From: a virus
Taxonomy: Duplodnaviria; Caudoviricetes
IMG/VR virus record: IMGVR_UViG_3300033067_000697
Coordinates: 1 to 41,524 of that record
Strand: one strand, 5' to 3'
Length of the DNA stretch: 41,524 nucleotides
In this document: positions 15,532-24,591 of the stretch, one piece after another
Layout: the number at the start of each line of letters is the position of its first letter
Position numbering within the stretch: position 1 is the first letter of the stretch
Made by a program: the position numbers and the translations under genes
The notes under the pieces: generated by a model
What the model saw: only the letters and a program-made list of their open reading frames with translations
Databases searched by the model: none
What the model was told of the DNA's origin: nothing

Positions 15532-15873
15532 ACTAGCTAGATGATGTACCCTACTACTAGCCTATCTAGCACACGCTATAAGCCGTATACAGTGCGAGTA
15601 CTAAGCACTATACAATCTAGCCTTAGTTAGAGCCATGGATTATATAACAGCGTATAATAGTGATTATACTCAGTTATTTTTATTTATTTATAAAACCCGT
15701 AGGGGACCCTAGGGGGACTAGTAACTACCCTATAGGTACCTGCTTATCTATAAATCTTAGTTCTTATCTCCCCCCTAAAATAATCTTATTTAAAGCCGTA
15801 GTATCTTTTTCCCAAAGGTCACTACCCTAAACCCCATAAAAAAAATTATTGATTTTTAACTCCTTACACCAAT

Positions 15874-15982
15874 GTATATCACCGCCGTATATCATTGATG
15901 TAAAACTTACGTAAATGTATATCATCTGTGTATATCATCTGTGTATATCATCGTTGCATATCATTGATGATGTAGCTATAAT
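15874..15982 (+). promoter_or_regulatory. six GTATATCA repeats (13-bp period) overlapping promoter TTGCAT-17-TATAAT of a leaderless gene
   Basis: copies at 15874, 15887, 15917, 15930, 15943, 15956 (1 mismatch); -35 15954-15959; -10 15977-15982; ATG 15989. Confidence 0.85.
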
Positions 15983-15988
15983 TTACGT

Positions 15989-16495
15989 ATGTTTATAGAA
16001 ATATCTGCGTACCAATGTACCTGTGAACGATGTGATTATCAGTGGAGTGCTCTAAAAATGCCTAAGACTTGTGCTAAATGTAGAAGCCCTTATTGGAATG
16101 AACCCCGTGGCGGAATTTCCCCTACTGTCACTACCCTTATAGAAAAAACCCCGGAAATTAAAAAAAATTCGGCGGCTTCGCCTACTACAGAGAGAAGTTA
16201 CACTGAACGAGCACAGTTACCTTTGGAGCATCCTGAGCATCCATTAAATGAAGAACCTTGGGTGGCACGAATTCCTACCGATTACCTACGTCATCAAATG
16301 ACTGGAGAGGAACCTCCAAAGACTGGCCCTCATGCTGGCCGGACTAAAGAAGAAAGATTGGCTATGATTGAAAATCTTAAACCAATAGTAGACAAGGAGA
16401 ACTATAAAAAAGAATCTGTGCTTCCTGATTATGGAAAACAACCAGTAGTTGAAGACCAGCCCTCTTATGATGATTATGGCCCAGTAATATCATGA
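15989..16495 (+). CDS. N-terminal zinc-ribbon protein with disordered C-terminus
   Basis: CERCDYQW..PKTCAKCRSPYWN; ATGA-coupled to terL. Confidence 0.75.
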   Translation: MFIEISAYQCTCERCDYQWSALKMPKTCAKCRSPYWNEPRGGISPTVTTLIEKTPEIKKNSAASPTTERSYTERAQLPLEHPEHPLNEEPWVARIPTDYLRHQMTGEEPPKTGPHAGRTKEERLAMIENLKPIVDKENYKKESVLPDYGKQPVVEDQPSYDDYGPVIS

Positions 16496-18177
16496 TTCAA
16501 GACTTCACAGACGATGAGATTCTGGCGGCGGCTGAGTTATTTCCGTCACTTTGGGTCTTAAAATATAATATGAAGAACGAGGTGGGAGTACCTTTAGACT
16601 TTACTCGGAGAAAGTTCCTAAAGGACATGTATGACGATTTATCGCCTAGACAAGCAATTTTAAAACCACCTCAGGTGGGTATGACCGTTATGAACGTACT
16701 CAAGACGTTCTATGTGGCGAAGAAGCATCGAAGACAAACCATCTACACTCTCCCTACTGACGGAGATATAAAGGATATGGTTGGTGGTTCTTTTAATAGA
16801 ATCATCGCCCAGAATCCTATCTTATTAGATTGGGTAAAAGATAAAGACACGATTGAGCAGAAGGCGGTAGGAGACTCTATGGTGTTCTTTCGTGGTACCT
16901 GGACAAGCCGTGCAGCTATGATGGTTCCCGCCGGACTCCTGGTACACGATGAAATCGACGCGTCAGACCCTGACACAATAAATCAATATCAAACTCGTCT
17001 ACAAGCTCAGGAGGATGGTGGTTGGACTTGGGTGTTCTCTCACCCCTCTCTCTCCAATCACGGTGTAGACATCTACTGGCAACAATCTGACCAAAAGGAA
17101 TGGTACATCACCTGTCCTCATTGTGATGAAGAACAAGTACTTACTTGGCCGGATTCGATTGACCCGGAACGGAAATGTTATCAGTGCAAGGCTTGTAAAG
17201 GTGAGATTGAGAATCACGTTAGGATTAACGGTAGATGGAAAAACAAATGGGGTGTTGCTTGGGATGCCCAACCCCTTAAAGGAACCGTGTCGGGCTGGCA
17301 TGTTTCCCAGTTGATGCTTTATAACAAATCCGCCGAGGATATTCTTAATGCTTTTAACGACCCCCAGAAAGACAAACAGTATTTCTATAACTACGTTCTC
17401 GGACTGCCATACATCGGCTCCGATGACCGTATTGAACCAGAAGTAGTCCTTAGAAACTGTGAAGACGTAGTAAACCCTCAAACCTCCAGAGTTATTATCG
17501 GTGCTGACACCGGCCACGGCATCCACTACTCCCTAATGAATAACGAGGGAGTCTTCTACTATGAACACGCCACTCTACAAAATTACAAAGACCCTTACGA
17601 TAGAATCGAAGAACACCTTAAAAAATTCCCAAGAAGTATTGCTATGTTTGACCAGGGTGGAGACTTGATTGGAGTAAGAAAACTCCAGGCTAAATACCCC
17701 GGTAGAGTATTCCTTTGCTGGTATCGTAAGGATAGAAAGACAGTTGACCTTGCCACTTGGGGTCAACACGAAGAATACGGCAAGGTGATTATAGACCGAA
17801 ACCGCCTCATGACTTTGATTGTTGAACAGATGCGTGACACGGGAAGAATCAGACTAAACGGCACTCCTGAAGAATGGGAGGAATGGGCTTCACACTTTGG
17901 TTATATCTATCGAGAACAGATTAAAACCAAGGAAATGAAAGATAAGGATGACAGGTCTCTCTATACTAATGAGTACGTCTGGAAACGTAATGGTCCCGAC
18001 CACTTTGTTCACACCTTGATGTATGCCTATGTTGGACTACAGAAATTTGGTGGAGGTGAAGCCGCAATAATCACTGGAGACAAACTCTTTAATGTCCCAA
18101 CTGGAATGACCACTGACCAGAACAATTACATCCCTCCGACTGCCTTTTCCAATTCAGAGTACCAAATTGAGTTGTGA
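16492..18177 (+). CDS. terL: terminase large subunit, lambda gpA-like
   Basis: KPPQVGMT (cf. KSARVGYS Walker A), LVHDEID, FSHPS, CPHC..CKAC zinc module, YNYVLGLPY, IIGADTG nuclease, DHFVH. Confidence 0.9.
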   Translation: MIQDFTDDEILAAAELFPSLWVLKYNMKNEVGVPLDFTRRKFLKDMYDDLSPRQAILKPPQVGMTVMNVLKTFYVAKKHRRQTIYTLPTDGDIKDMVGGSFNRIIAQNPILLDWVKDKDTIEQKAVGDSMVFFRGTWTSRAAMMVPAGLLVHDEIDASDPDTINQYQTRLQAQEDGGWTWVFSHPSLSNHGVDIYWQQSDQKEWYITCPHCDEEQVLTWPDSIDPERKCYQCKACKGEIENHVRINGRWKNKWGVAWDAQPLKGTVSGWHVSQLMLYNKSAEDILNAFNDPQKDKQYFYNYVLGLPYIGSDDRIEPEVVLRNCEDVVNPQTSRVIIGADTGHGIHYSLMNNEGVFYYEHATLQNYKDPYDRIEEHLKKFPRSIAMFDQGGDLIGVRKLQAKYPGRVFLCWYRKDRKTVDLATWGQHEEYGKVIIDRNRLMTLIVEQMRDTGRIRLNGTPEEWEEWASHFGYIYREQIKTKEMKDKDDRSLYTNEYVWKRNGPDHFVHTLMYAYVGLQKFGGGEAAIITGDKLFNVPTGMTTDQNNYIPPTAFSNSEYQIEL

Positions 18178-18221
18178 AAATAACTTATTACATTACTAAA
18201 CTACTCTAGTAGTATGTATGA

Positions 18222-20129
18222 ATGGCTAATCCTACTGACCCGTTTTCACTAAACATGCAAGGTGTCTCGGACCTTGTATCTAATGGAACAAATAAAACAG
18301 ACTTTAATCGTAATGGACTAGAGGAAGGACCTGTTGGTGAAAAATACGGAGCACTGACTCTCTCAATGTCAGATGAAGAACTCCTTAAACTTCGTGAAGA
18401 ATGGGAACTTCGTTATGCTCCCTACGAAACAAGAATCAAAGCTATTGGGGAACGCAACAAAGAATCTTATATTGGGAAGAGACCCAACGGTCAATGGTTG
18501 ACTGACAATGACCTACCAATTTCCGCCAACCTTCAGTTTGAAGCTGAGGAAACTTTCCTTGCTTCCGCCCTATCAAAGAACCCTGAACCTGTTGTTTACT
18601 CTGACGATTCACCAGAAGGTGATGCTATTTCTCGTTCTGTTCGAGTAATGCTCCAGTACCACGCTGACCAACTAGTTCTGCGAAGAAAGTTAGCTCTTAT
18701 GGTTCGTCAATGGTCCATCTATCAACTTGGTGTTCTTAAACATGGCTGGAATAACAAAGTCAACGATGTAACAATTGATAACCGCAAAATACAAAACTTT
18801 GTCTTTGACCCACAAGGCTACGTCGATGCCTATGGAGATTTCATTGGTTATCTTGGTGAAAGAATAACAGTCACCGCCGAGAAATTAATTGAACTTTTCC
18901 CAGAACATAAAACTTACATTTCTGAAACAGTTGAAGGAAAACTAGGGACTGAAGTCAAATACACTGAATGGTGGAGTGCTGATGATACCTATACTTTTAA
19001 TACCTACGAAAAGAAAGTCCTGGCTAAATACAAAAACCCTTATTTCAATTACCCAGAGCCAGTAGTAGACCCAATGACGGGGGAAGTGGCTGTCAATGGT
19101 AACAACTCAGAATTAGAACAAGACGGCAAGAACCACTTTGCTGTTCCTAAGAAACCATATACCTTTCTTTCTGTCTTTTCCCTACAGGAACAACCACACG
19201 ACATTACTTCTCTAGTTGAACAGAACATTCCTAACCAAAACCGAATCCGTAGACGAACCGAACAGATTGACTACAACACTAACGCCGCTAACAACGCTTA
19301 CGCTTTCTCGGCTGATAACTTTAACGAGGAAACTGCTAAACAAGCCGCCGCCGCTAGAGCTAAAGGTAATCCAATCTTGGTTCCTTCGGGCAAGCCAATG
19401 GGTGAAGCTATCATGCCTCTTAACGCTCAGGACTTACCACGTACTGTCTTTAATGAACTTGAGATAGCGAAAACAGACCTCCGCCAATCATGGGGTATCT
19501 TAGGCATGACTACTCAGCCTTCTAACGAAGACATGACCGCCAGAGGAATGATTCTCAACAATCAAAACGACTCAACTCGTATTGGTGGTGGAATTGGTCA
19601 AGCGATTGAACAAGTGGCCGACAACGTATTCAACTGGCTAACTCAAATGTATTACGTGTTCTACGATGAACCACACTTTGCGGCTGTCATGGGAACTGCC
19701 AAGTCATTAGAATACGTACAGCTCCAAGCCTCAATGCTCACTGTTCCACTTCTTGTCTCTGTCTCTCCAGATTCACTCCGACCCCGTGACCAAATTACTG
19801 AAGTCAACCTAGCTCAAACTCTATTTGATAAGGGAGTTATTGGCCCTAAGACTCTTCTAAAGATGTTGGCTTTCCCTTCTCCAGAGGATGCTGCCGCTGA
19901 TGGTCTTTTATACAAGTTAGACCCTATGAGCTACATGATGCTCAACTTCCCTGACTTCGCCCAACAACTACAGCAAGCCCAGCAAATGCAAATGATGCAA
20001 CAAGCTAGTGCTATGGATGGTCAACCAGGGGGCGGAATGGCTCCAGAAGACACTACGGAACCAGAACAAAATCTAGCTCAGAATCCAGCCGATGCTGGAC
20101 TGGACCAAGTGCAGTTACCGCCAATGTGA
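18222..20129 (+). CDS. portal protein
   Basis: 635 aa directly after terL; TARG motif and Q/M/P-rich C-terminus typical of podovirus portals. Confidence 0.8.
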   Translation: MANPTDPFSLNMQGVSDLVSNGTNKTDFNRNGLEEGPVGEKYGALTLSMSDEELLKLREEWELRYAPYETRIKAIGERNKESYIGKRPNGQWLTDNDLPISANLQFEAEETFLASALSKNPEPVVYSDDSPEGDAISRSVRVMLQYHADQLVLRRKLALMVRQWSIYQLGVLKHGWNNKVNDVTIDNRKIQNFVFDPQGYVDAYGDFIGYLGERITVTAEKLIELFPEHKTYISETVEGKLGTEVKYTEWWSADDTYTFNTYEKKVLAKYKNPYFNYPEPVVDPMTGEVAVNGNNSELEQDGKNHFAVPKKPYTFLSVFSLQEQPHDITSLVEQNIPNQNRIRRRTEQIDYNTNAANNAYAFSADNFNEETAKQAAAARAKGNPILVPSGKPMGEAIMPLNAQDLPRTVFNELEIAKTDLRQSWGILGMTTQPSNEDMTARGMILNNQNDSTRIGGGIGQAIEQVADNVFNWLTQMYYVFYDEPHFAAVMGTAKSLEYVQLQASMLTVPLLVSVSPDSLRPRDQITEVNLAQTLFDKGVIGPKTLLKMLAFPSPEDAAADGLLYKLDPMSYMMLNFPDFAQQLQQAQQMQMMQQASAMDGQPGGGMAPEDTTEPEQNLAQNPADAGLDQVQLPPM

Positions 20130-20248
20130 ACATAAACCCTTTCTTTATTGAAAATCCTAATACAATACAAGTATGGAAATAAAACAAGAGGTATATACAG
20201 GAGATGGGAAGCATTGTTTTAACTTTGAATCAAATAAAAAGAAATAAT

Positions 20249-20497
20249 ATGCACTTAATAGATAAAGACCCAATGACACCAGAGATGAAGAGGAAACATA
20301 CTCTGAACATGGCGTTACGGAATAAGATTTCACCGTCAAAATACACTACGAATCCTCTTTTAAAGATGGTTCCACCTAAAGAAAAAGCAAAACCAGTAGA
20401 AGTACAAATTCGCACCACTTCATCAAAAAAGCCACAGATGAAGCAGTATGGAGATAAAGGTTATAAGCCCGCCACAGGAAGTGGCACAGGAAACTAG
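20249..20497 (+). CDS. small basic hypothetical protein
   Basis: ORF track 20204..20497; ATG at 20249 preferred. Confidence 0.55.
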   Translation: MHLIDKDPMTPEMKRKHTLNMALRNKISPSKYTTNPLLKMVPPKEKAKPVEVQIRTTSSKKPQMKQYGDKGYKPATGSGTGN

Positions 20498-20498
20498 T

Positions 20499-20687
20499 AT
20501 GGCACTATCACGCGAGGACAAAGGAGATGTAAAGAACGCACTAGGTAAAGCTCTTGCTAATAAAGTTAGTAAGGTTACTAGGGACAAGTTTGATATTGCC
20601 AGAACTCCTGATGCCAGAAAAGACTTACTAGCAAAGTCAAACAGACAAAAAGCTAACATGGACTTTAAGTTTAGAAAGAACGACTAA
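20499..20687 (+). CDS. small basic hypothetical protein
   Basis: ORF track 20448..20687; ATG 1 nt after the previous stop preferred. Confidence 0.6.
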   Translation: MALSREDKGDVKNALGKALANKVSKVTRDKFDIARTPDARKDLLAKSNRQKANMDFKFRKND

Positions 20688-20697
20688 TCGCTTCCCG

Positions 20698-20789
20698 TTT
20701 CTAAGGATGTCGGGTGAACAATCCTGAAGAATCATTTATTAAAGTCCCTGAAAAGGGCACTTCCGCAAGGAGGTTAACCTGAAAAAGGT
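20698..20789 (+). promoter_or_regulatory. multi-hairpin 5' UTR of the scaffold gene
   Basis: CCCT-GAAA-AGGG, ACTTCC-GCAA-GGAGGT, ACCT-GAAAA-AGGT abutting the ATG. Confidence 0.65.
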
Positions 20790-21545
20790 ATGAATCCAAA
20801 CGAAACACAGCAGTTCCTTGACGAATTTAATAAGCCAGAAGATAACAACGACCCATTTGCGTTTCTTGAAAAGCCGACTGAAAAGCCAGCCGAAGAGAAT
20901 AAAGGTGAAGAAGCTCCGGAAGGAGTACCAGAACCACGTAACCGCCGTGAAAAGCGATTGATGGAAAAACTCCAATCAGAACGGGAAGCAAGTATCGCTC
21001 TGGCAGCAAAGTTAGAAGCTATCACTGAATCTAAGAATACCCGTAACTCTGAAGAGGCCGAGTATTTGACAGTAGCGGAACGTATCTATGGAACACAAAC
21101 TCCAGAACTACGTGAAGCCACTGAGCTTCTCAAGACCGCCTTAAATGGTGTGAAAGAAGAAGCTAAACGTGAAGCCCTAGCCGAGTACCAAAGAATCCGC
21201 CAAGAAGAACAATCAGTTGTTTCAAGAGCCGAGAAGAGAATTGACTCAATGCTTGAAGAGATAGAAGACGAATATAACGCCGACTTATCTTCAGGTGCAC
21301 ATCGAACGGAGTTCCTTAAACTTATCGAGAAGATGTCCCCTAAAGACAGTGAAGGTAACATCGTAGAATACGCTGACCATCACGCCGTCTGGGAGATGTA
21401 CCAAGATAAACTAAACCGCAATAAGCCTGTAAATCCAGCTAAAAATATTGTGGCACGGGGAATGACACAGAGTGCAGGTGCCAATGACGCCAGCCTTAAT
21501 AACGATGCCCACGTTCGATTCTTAAAAGAACACGGTATCATTTAA
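20790..21545 (+). CDS. capsid scaffolding protein
   Basis: acidic N-terminus, coiled coil, directly before the capsid gene. Confidence 0.75.
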   Translation: MNPNETQQFLDEFNKPEDNNDPFAFLEKPTEKPAEENKGEEAPEGVPEPRNRREKRLMEKLQSEREASIALAAKLEAITESKNTRNSEEAEYLTVAERIYGTQTPELREATELLKTALNGVKEEAKREALAEYQRIRQEEQSVVSRAEKRIDSMLEEIEDEYNADLSSGAHRTEFLKLIEKMSPKDSEGNIVEYADHHAVWEMYQDKLNRNKPVNPAKNIVARGMTQSAGANDASLNNDAHVRFLKEHGII

Positions 21546-21555
21546 TTAAATTAAT

Positions 21556-22584
21556 ATGCCTCCAGGCTTAACAATTACAACCGTTACCAATCAATTCCTA
21601 GCACCAGCTTGGGTAGATATTGTATTGCGTGACAACTATTTCTTCGGAAAAGTAATGCAGAAGACAAAGAAGTGGAATGGTTCTCAAATGTTGTTCCCAC
21701 AGAAATACCAAAAAGGTATTGCTACTGTTGCTTTCAACGGTTTTGACCTACTTCCAATTTCACAGCAACCAGTAGCCGTGAACTCAACTTTCTACGCTAC
21801 TTTCACCGCTACTAACGTAGCACTTGCTGGAACAGACCTGTCTATCAACGCAACTCAAATGCAAACTCTTGACCTTATGAAGGTTACTATGGAGTCACGT
21901 GCACAAGACGCTGCTGACGATATTGGTAACTTCCTACAAGGTGATGGTACTGGTTTTGGTGGAAAGGCTCCTATGGGTCTAGCAGGTATCGTAGACAACG
22001 GTACTACTCTAGCTACTTACGGTGGTCTATCTCGAGCTACTTACTCTGGCCTTAACGCTACAGTAACAGCTTCAGGCGGTACTATCTCTCTAGTAAAGGT
22101 ACGTACTCTCTGGAACTCAATCTCAGACGGTCCAGTCATTCCTGATTTCATCATCACTGACTACACCACTTGGGGTTATTTCGAGCAACTACAGACTCCA
22201 TTCCAAAGAAACAACATGGACTTTACTGCTAACAACCGAACAGTTGCACAAACTTCAGGTTACAGTGAACAACGATGGGATGGTATGGTTATCAGTCGAG
22301 ACAAGAAAGTTACAACTGGTAACTTCTACATGCTCAACATGAACTACCTAGACTGGTACGCTCTAAAGTACTTCGATGGACAAACAGTTTCACCAAAGGC
22401 TAACAAGATTGAAGGTAACGTCTACGGAGACAGTATGTATGCTCCAGGAAATGCCTTTACATGGACTGGTATGATTAAGTCATACAACCAAGCAGCAATT
22501 AACGGCTTCATGGTATTGGGTGGACAGCTCATTTGTACAGCTCCACTACGTCAAGGTGTACTCACAGGAGTTACAGGTGTCTAG
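21556..22584 (+). CDS. major capsid protein
   Basis: 342 aa after scaffold; LQGDGTG..GLAGIVD..YGGLSR and C-terminal GQLICTAPLRQGVLTGV typical of HK97-fold capsids; biased codon use. Confidence 0.85.
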   Translation: MPPGLTITTVTNQFLAPAWVDIVLRDNYFFGKVMQKTKKWNGSQMLFPQKYQKGIATVAFNGFDLLPISQQPVAVNSTFYATFTATNVALAGTDLSINATQMQTLDLMKVTMESRAQDAADDIGNFLQGDGTGFGGKAPMGLAGIVDNGTTLATYGGLSRATYSGLNATVTASGGTISLVKVRTLWNSISDGPVIPDFIITDYTTWGYFEQLQTPFQRNNMDFTANNRTVAQTSGYSEQRWDGMVISRDKKVTTGNFYMLNMNYLDWYALKYFDGQTVSPKANKIEGNVYGDSMYAPGNAFTWTGMIKSYNQAAINGFMVLGGQLICTAPLRQGVLTGVTGV

Positions 22585-22612
22585 TTATTATTAGCCTAAT
22601 ATATAGTCTAAT

Positions 22613-22978
22613 ATGGCTCAATATATCGAAGATTTCCTTCCGCCAATTCAATCAGCGGGACTTAACACACAGGAGAACGTATCTATCACTGGTACACTAG
22701 CTTCAGGAGCACAAACCGTCACAGGTACAATGGCTTCTACAGGTGGTGTAACAGTAGAAAGTACTACAGCCGTTCCAGCCTCAGCCGGAGCAGTTGCAGC
22801 CGGAGCACCTATCACAATGTTTAGTAATGGTCCTTCCATTTACGTAACATCAGATGTTCCAGCTTTCTCAGCAATTAAAGGTTCTCTCTGCATCAACACA
22901 GCAGGTAGTAGTACTTCAACACGTTTGTACGTGAACAACGGAACAACTAACTGGGTAGCAATTACAACTGCCTCTTAA
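22613..22978 (+). CDS. minor capsid/decoration protein
   Basis: KGSLCINTAG..RLYVNNGTTNWVA motif; T/A/S/G-rich; follows the capsid gene. Confidence 0.6.
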   Translation: MAQYIEDFLPPIQSAGLNTQENVSITGTLASGAQTVTGTMASTGGVTVESTTAVPASAGAVAAGAPITMFSNGPSIYVTSDVPAFSAIKGSLCINTAGSSTSTRLYVNNGTTNWVAITTAS

Positions 22979-22980
22979 TT

Positions 22981-23154
22981 ATGATTTCTATGGCTACAAT
23001 TAAAAAGGCCGTGAAAAAGATAGTTAAGAAAGCGGTTAAAAAAGAAGTAAAGAAGAAAGAAGTTGTACTCACTGATTGTACAGTTTGTGACGGAAGTGGA
23101 CTTGAAACCAAGTACACCCTCTGTCGTTATTGTCACGGTTCAGGTCGAGTCTAA
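22981..23154 (+). CDS. 57-aa protein: Lys-rich histone-like N-terminus plus DnaJ-type zinc finger
   Basis: hand-translated MISMATIKKAVKKIVKKAVKKEVKKKEVVLTDCTVCDGSGLETKYTLCRYCHGSGRV; below the ORF-track cutoff. Confidence 0.75.
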   Translation: MISMATIKKAVKKIVKKAVKKEVKKKEVVLTDCTVCDGSGLETKYTLCRYCHGSGRV

Positions 23155-23162
23155 CTATGCCG

Positions 23163-23206
23163 CCTGTCTTGCGACCCCCGGACTTCGGGCCGGGGTAACA
23201 AGCAGG
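23163..23206 (+). promoter_or_regulatory. GC-rich intergenic stem-loop with UUCG loop and no U tail (mRNA processing/stability element)
   Basis: CCTG.CTTG..ACCCC.GG.C-TTCG-G.CCGGGGT..CAAGCAGG. Confidence 0.55.
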
Positions 23207-23230
23207 GAATTAGTAAATTAAATTAAAATT

Positions 23231-23983
23231 ATGTCCAGAATTACACAAAAAGCTGCCGTAAGTCCACTAGGTGTAGTAGCTAACGGTATCTTCCAAACAT
23301 CAACAGATTCCTCTCTAGCCACACTAGTAGGTACACGTTTTGACCTATCAGATGGTCGTGAAATCATGCTTGTTAAGGCAGGAGCAGTAGCAGTTGTTCC
23401 AGGTAAACTTTACCAGGATGCAGCTCTTGTTGCTAACCACCAAAACATTGCTGTAACTGCTTACACAGCATATTCAGCTAACGGAAATGTACCGCCAAAA
23501 GTTACAGTAACTCTTGGAGCTACTGCCGCTACAGCTAACCAATACGCAGGAGGCTTCGTAGTTGTTAATGACAACAACGGTGAAGGTCAAACTCTACGTA
23601 TCGCTTCACACCCTGCCGCAAACTCAGGTGCTTCACTAGTTATCACTCTTGAAGAAGGTGGTACTACAGCCCTAACAACAGCTTCAGAAGTTTGTCTAAT
23701 TCCAGCACATGGAGATAGTATTATTCTTGCTCCAACAACCCTTACAGGTGCGTTGGCAGGAGTTTCACTATACGACATCGCTATCGGTGCTTATGGTTTT
23801 GTCACAACAAAAGGTCTTGCCTCTTGTCTAGCTGATGGAGCTATCGCTGTAGGTGCTATGGTTGGACCATCAAACGCTGTTGCAGGAGCAGTAGAGGTTG
23901 CAGTTTTGGCACAAGGTATTGTAGGTAACGCATCACAAGCTGGTGTTGATACTGAATACCGAACCATCTTTGTTAATCTTTAA
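23231..23983 (+). CDS. virion structural protein, probable head decoration/cement
   Basis: A/G/V/T-rich; GTRFDLSDGREIMLVKAGA and DIAIGAYGFVTTKG motifs; capsid-like codon bias. Confidence 0.6.
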   Translation: MSRITQKAAVSPLGVVANGIFQTSTDSSLATLVGTRFDLSDGREIMLVKAGAVAVVPGKLYQDAALVANHQNIAVTAYTAYSANGNVPPKVTVTLGATAATANQYAGGFVVVNDNNGEGQTLRIASHPAANSGASLVITLEEGGTTALTTASEVCLIPAHGDSIILAPTTLTGALAGVSLYDIAIGAYGFVTTKGLASCLADGAIAVGAMVGPSNAVAGAVEVAVLAQGIVGNASQAGVDTEYRTIFVNL

Positions 23984-24080
23984 GCTATCCACTCTGTTCT
24001 CTAGTGTCATGGCTAGAGAATGGGGATGGGCAGCTTAGTCCCTTCGCCCTAGAAAATAGGGTTTAACATCTGAAAAAGAT
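23982..24080 (+). promoter_or_regulatory. multi-hairpin intergenic element ending in ATCT-GAAAA-AGAT abutting the ATG
   Basis: TTCTCTAG/CTAGAGAA long stem, CCCTA-GAAAA-TAGGG, terminal hairpin like that before the scaffold gene. Confidence 0.6.
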
Positions 24081-24590
24081 ATGATTGACGATAAATCAAT
24101 AATGAAGTACGACACCACGTTACCAGAAGACTTTGATGGCGTGTTCCGCTTCACTAACTGGTCTAATGAAGAGTTTATTGGTGGTTGGGGAGGTAAGAAA
24201 TATATCTTTGCCGCCGAAACTACTTCACCAATGGTTATTCCAGAACATTCTCCTTTAGAGATTCAATACATCCGCAAGAAATTTGCTAAAGATTTAGCCG
24301 AACGAGAGTTCTACAAATCACAAAGCTATAAATCTTTGATGAAACAAGAGCGAAATCCAGACGGTTCACCAAGATTAAACGGTCTACACTCAGCCGGGAC
24401 ATACTCAGTAGACCAATTAGCACCGTTAATCCAAAGATGTCTGGAACCGTTACCAATGTCTAAGGCTTTAGTACAGGAAGTACACAAAGTTCCAGTAGAA
24501 GAGACATTAAGTAGAAACAATAAAGGTAAATTAAACACAGAAGCAATAGATGGTTCAGAAAGTTTGACCGAAAAAGCAAGACAATCCTAA
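24081..24590 (+). CDS. hypothetical protein (morphogenesis region)
   Basis: ORF track. Confidence 0.75.
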   Translation: MIDDKSIMKYDTTLPEDFDGVFRFTNWSNEEFIGGWGGKKYIFAAETTSPMVIPEHSPLEIQYIRKKFAKDLAEREFYKSQSYKSLMKQERNPDGSPRLNGLHSAGTYSVDQLAPLIQRCLEPLPMSKALVQEVHKVPVEETLSRNNKGKLNTEAIDGSESLTEKARQS

Positions 24591-24591
24591 T

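Noticed and set aside
15874-15963. GTATATCA array as a mini-CRISPR
   Set aside because: 8-bp repeats with 5-bp gaps are far too short; this fits protein-binding sites.
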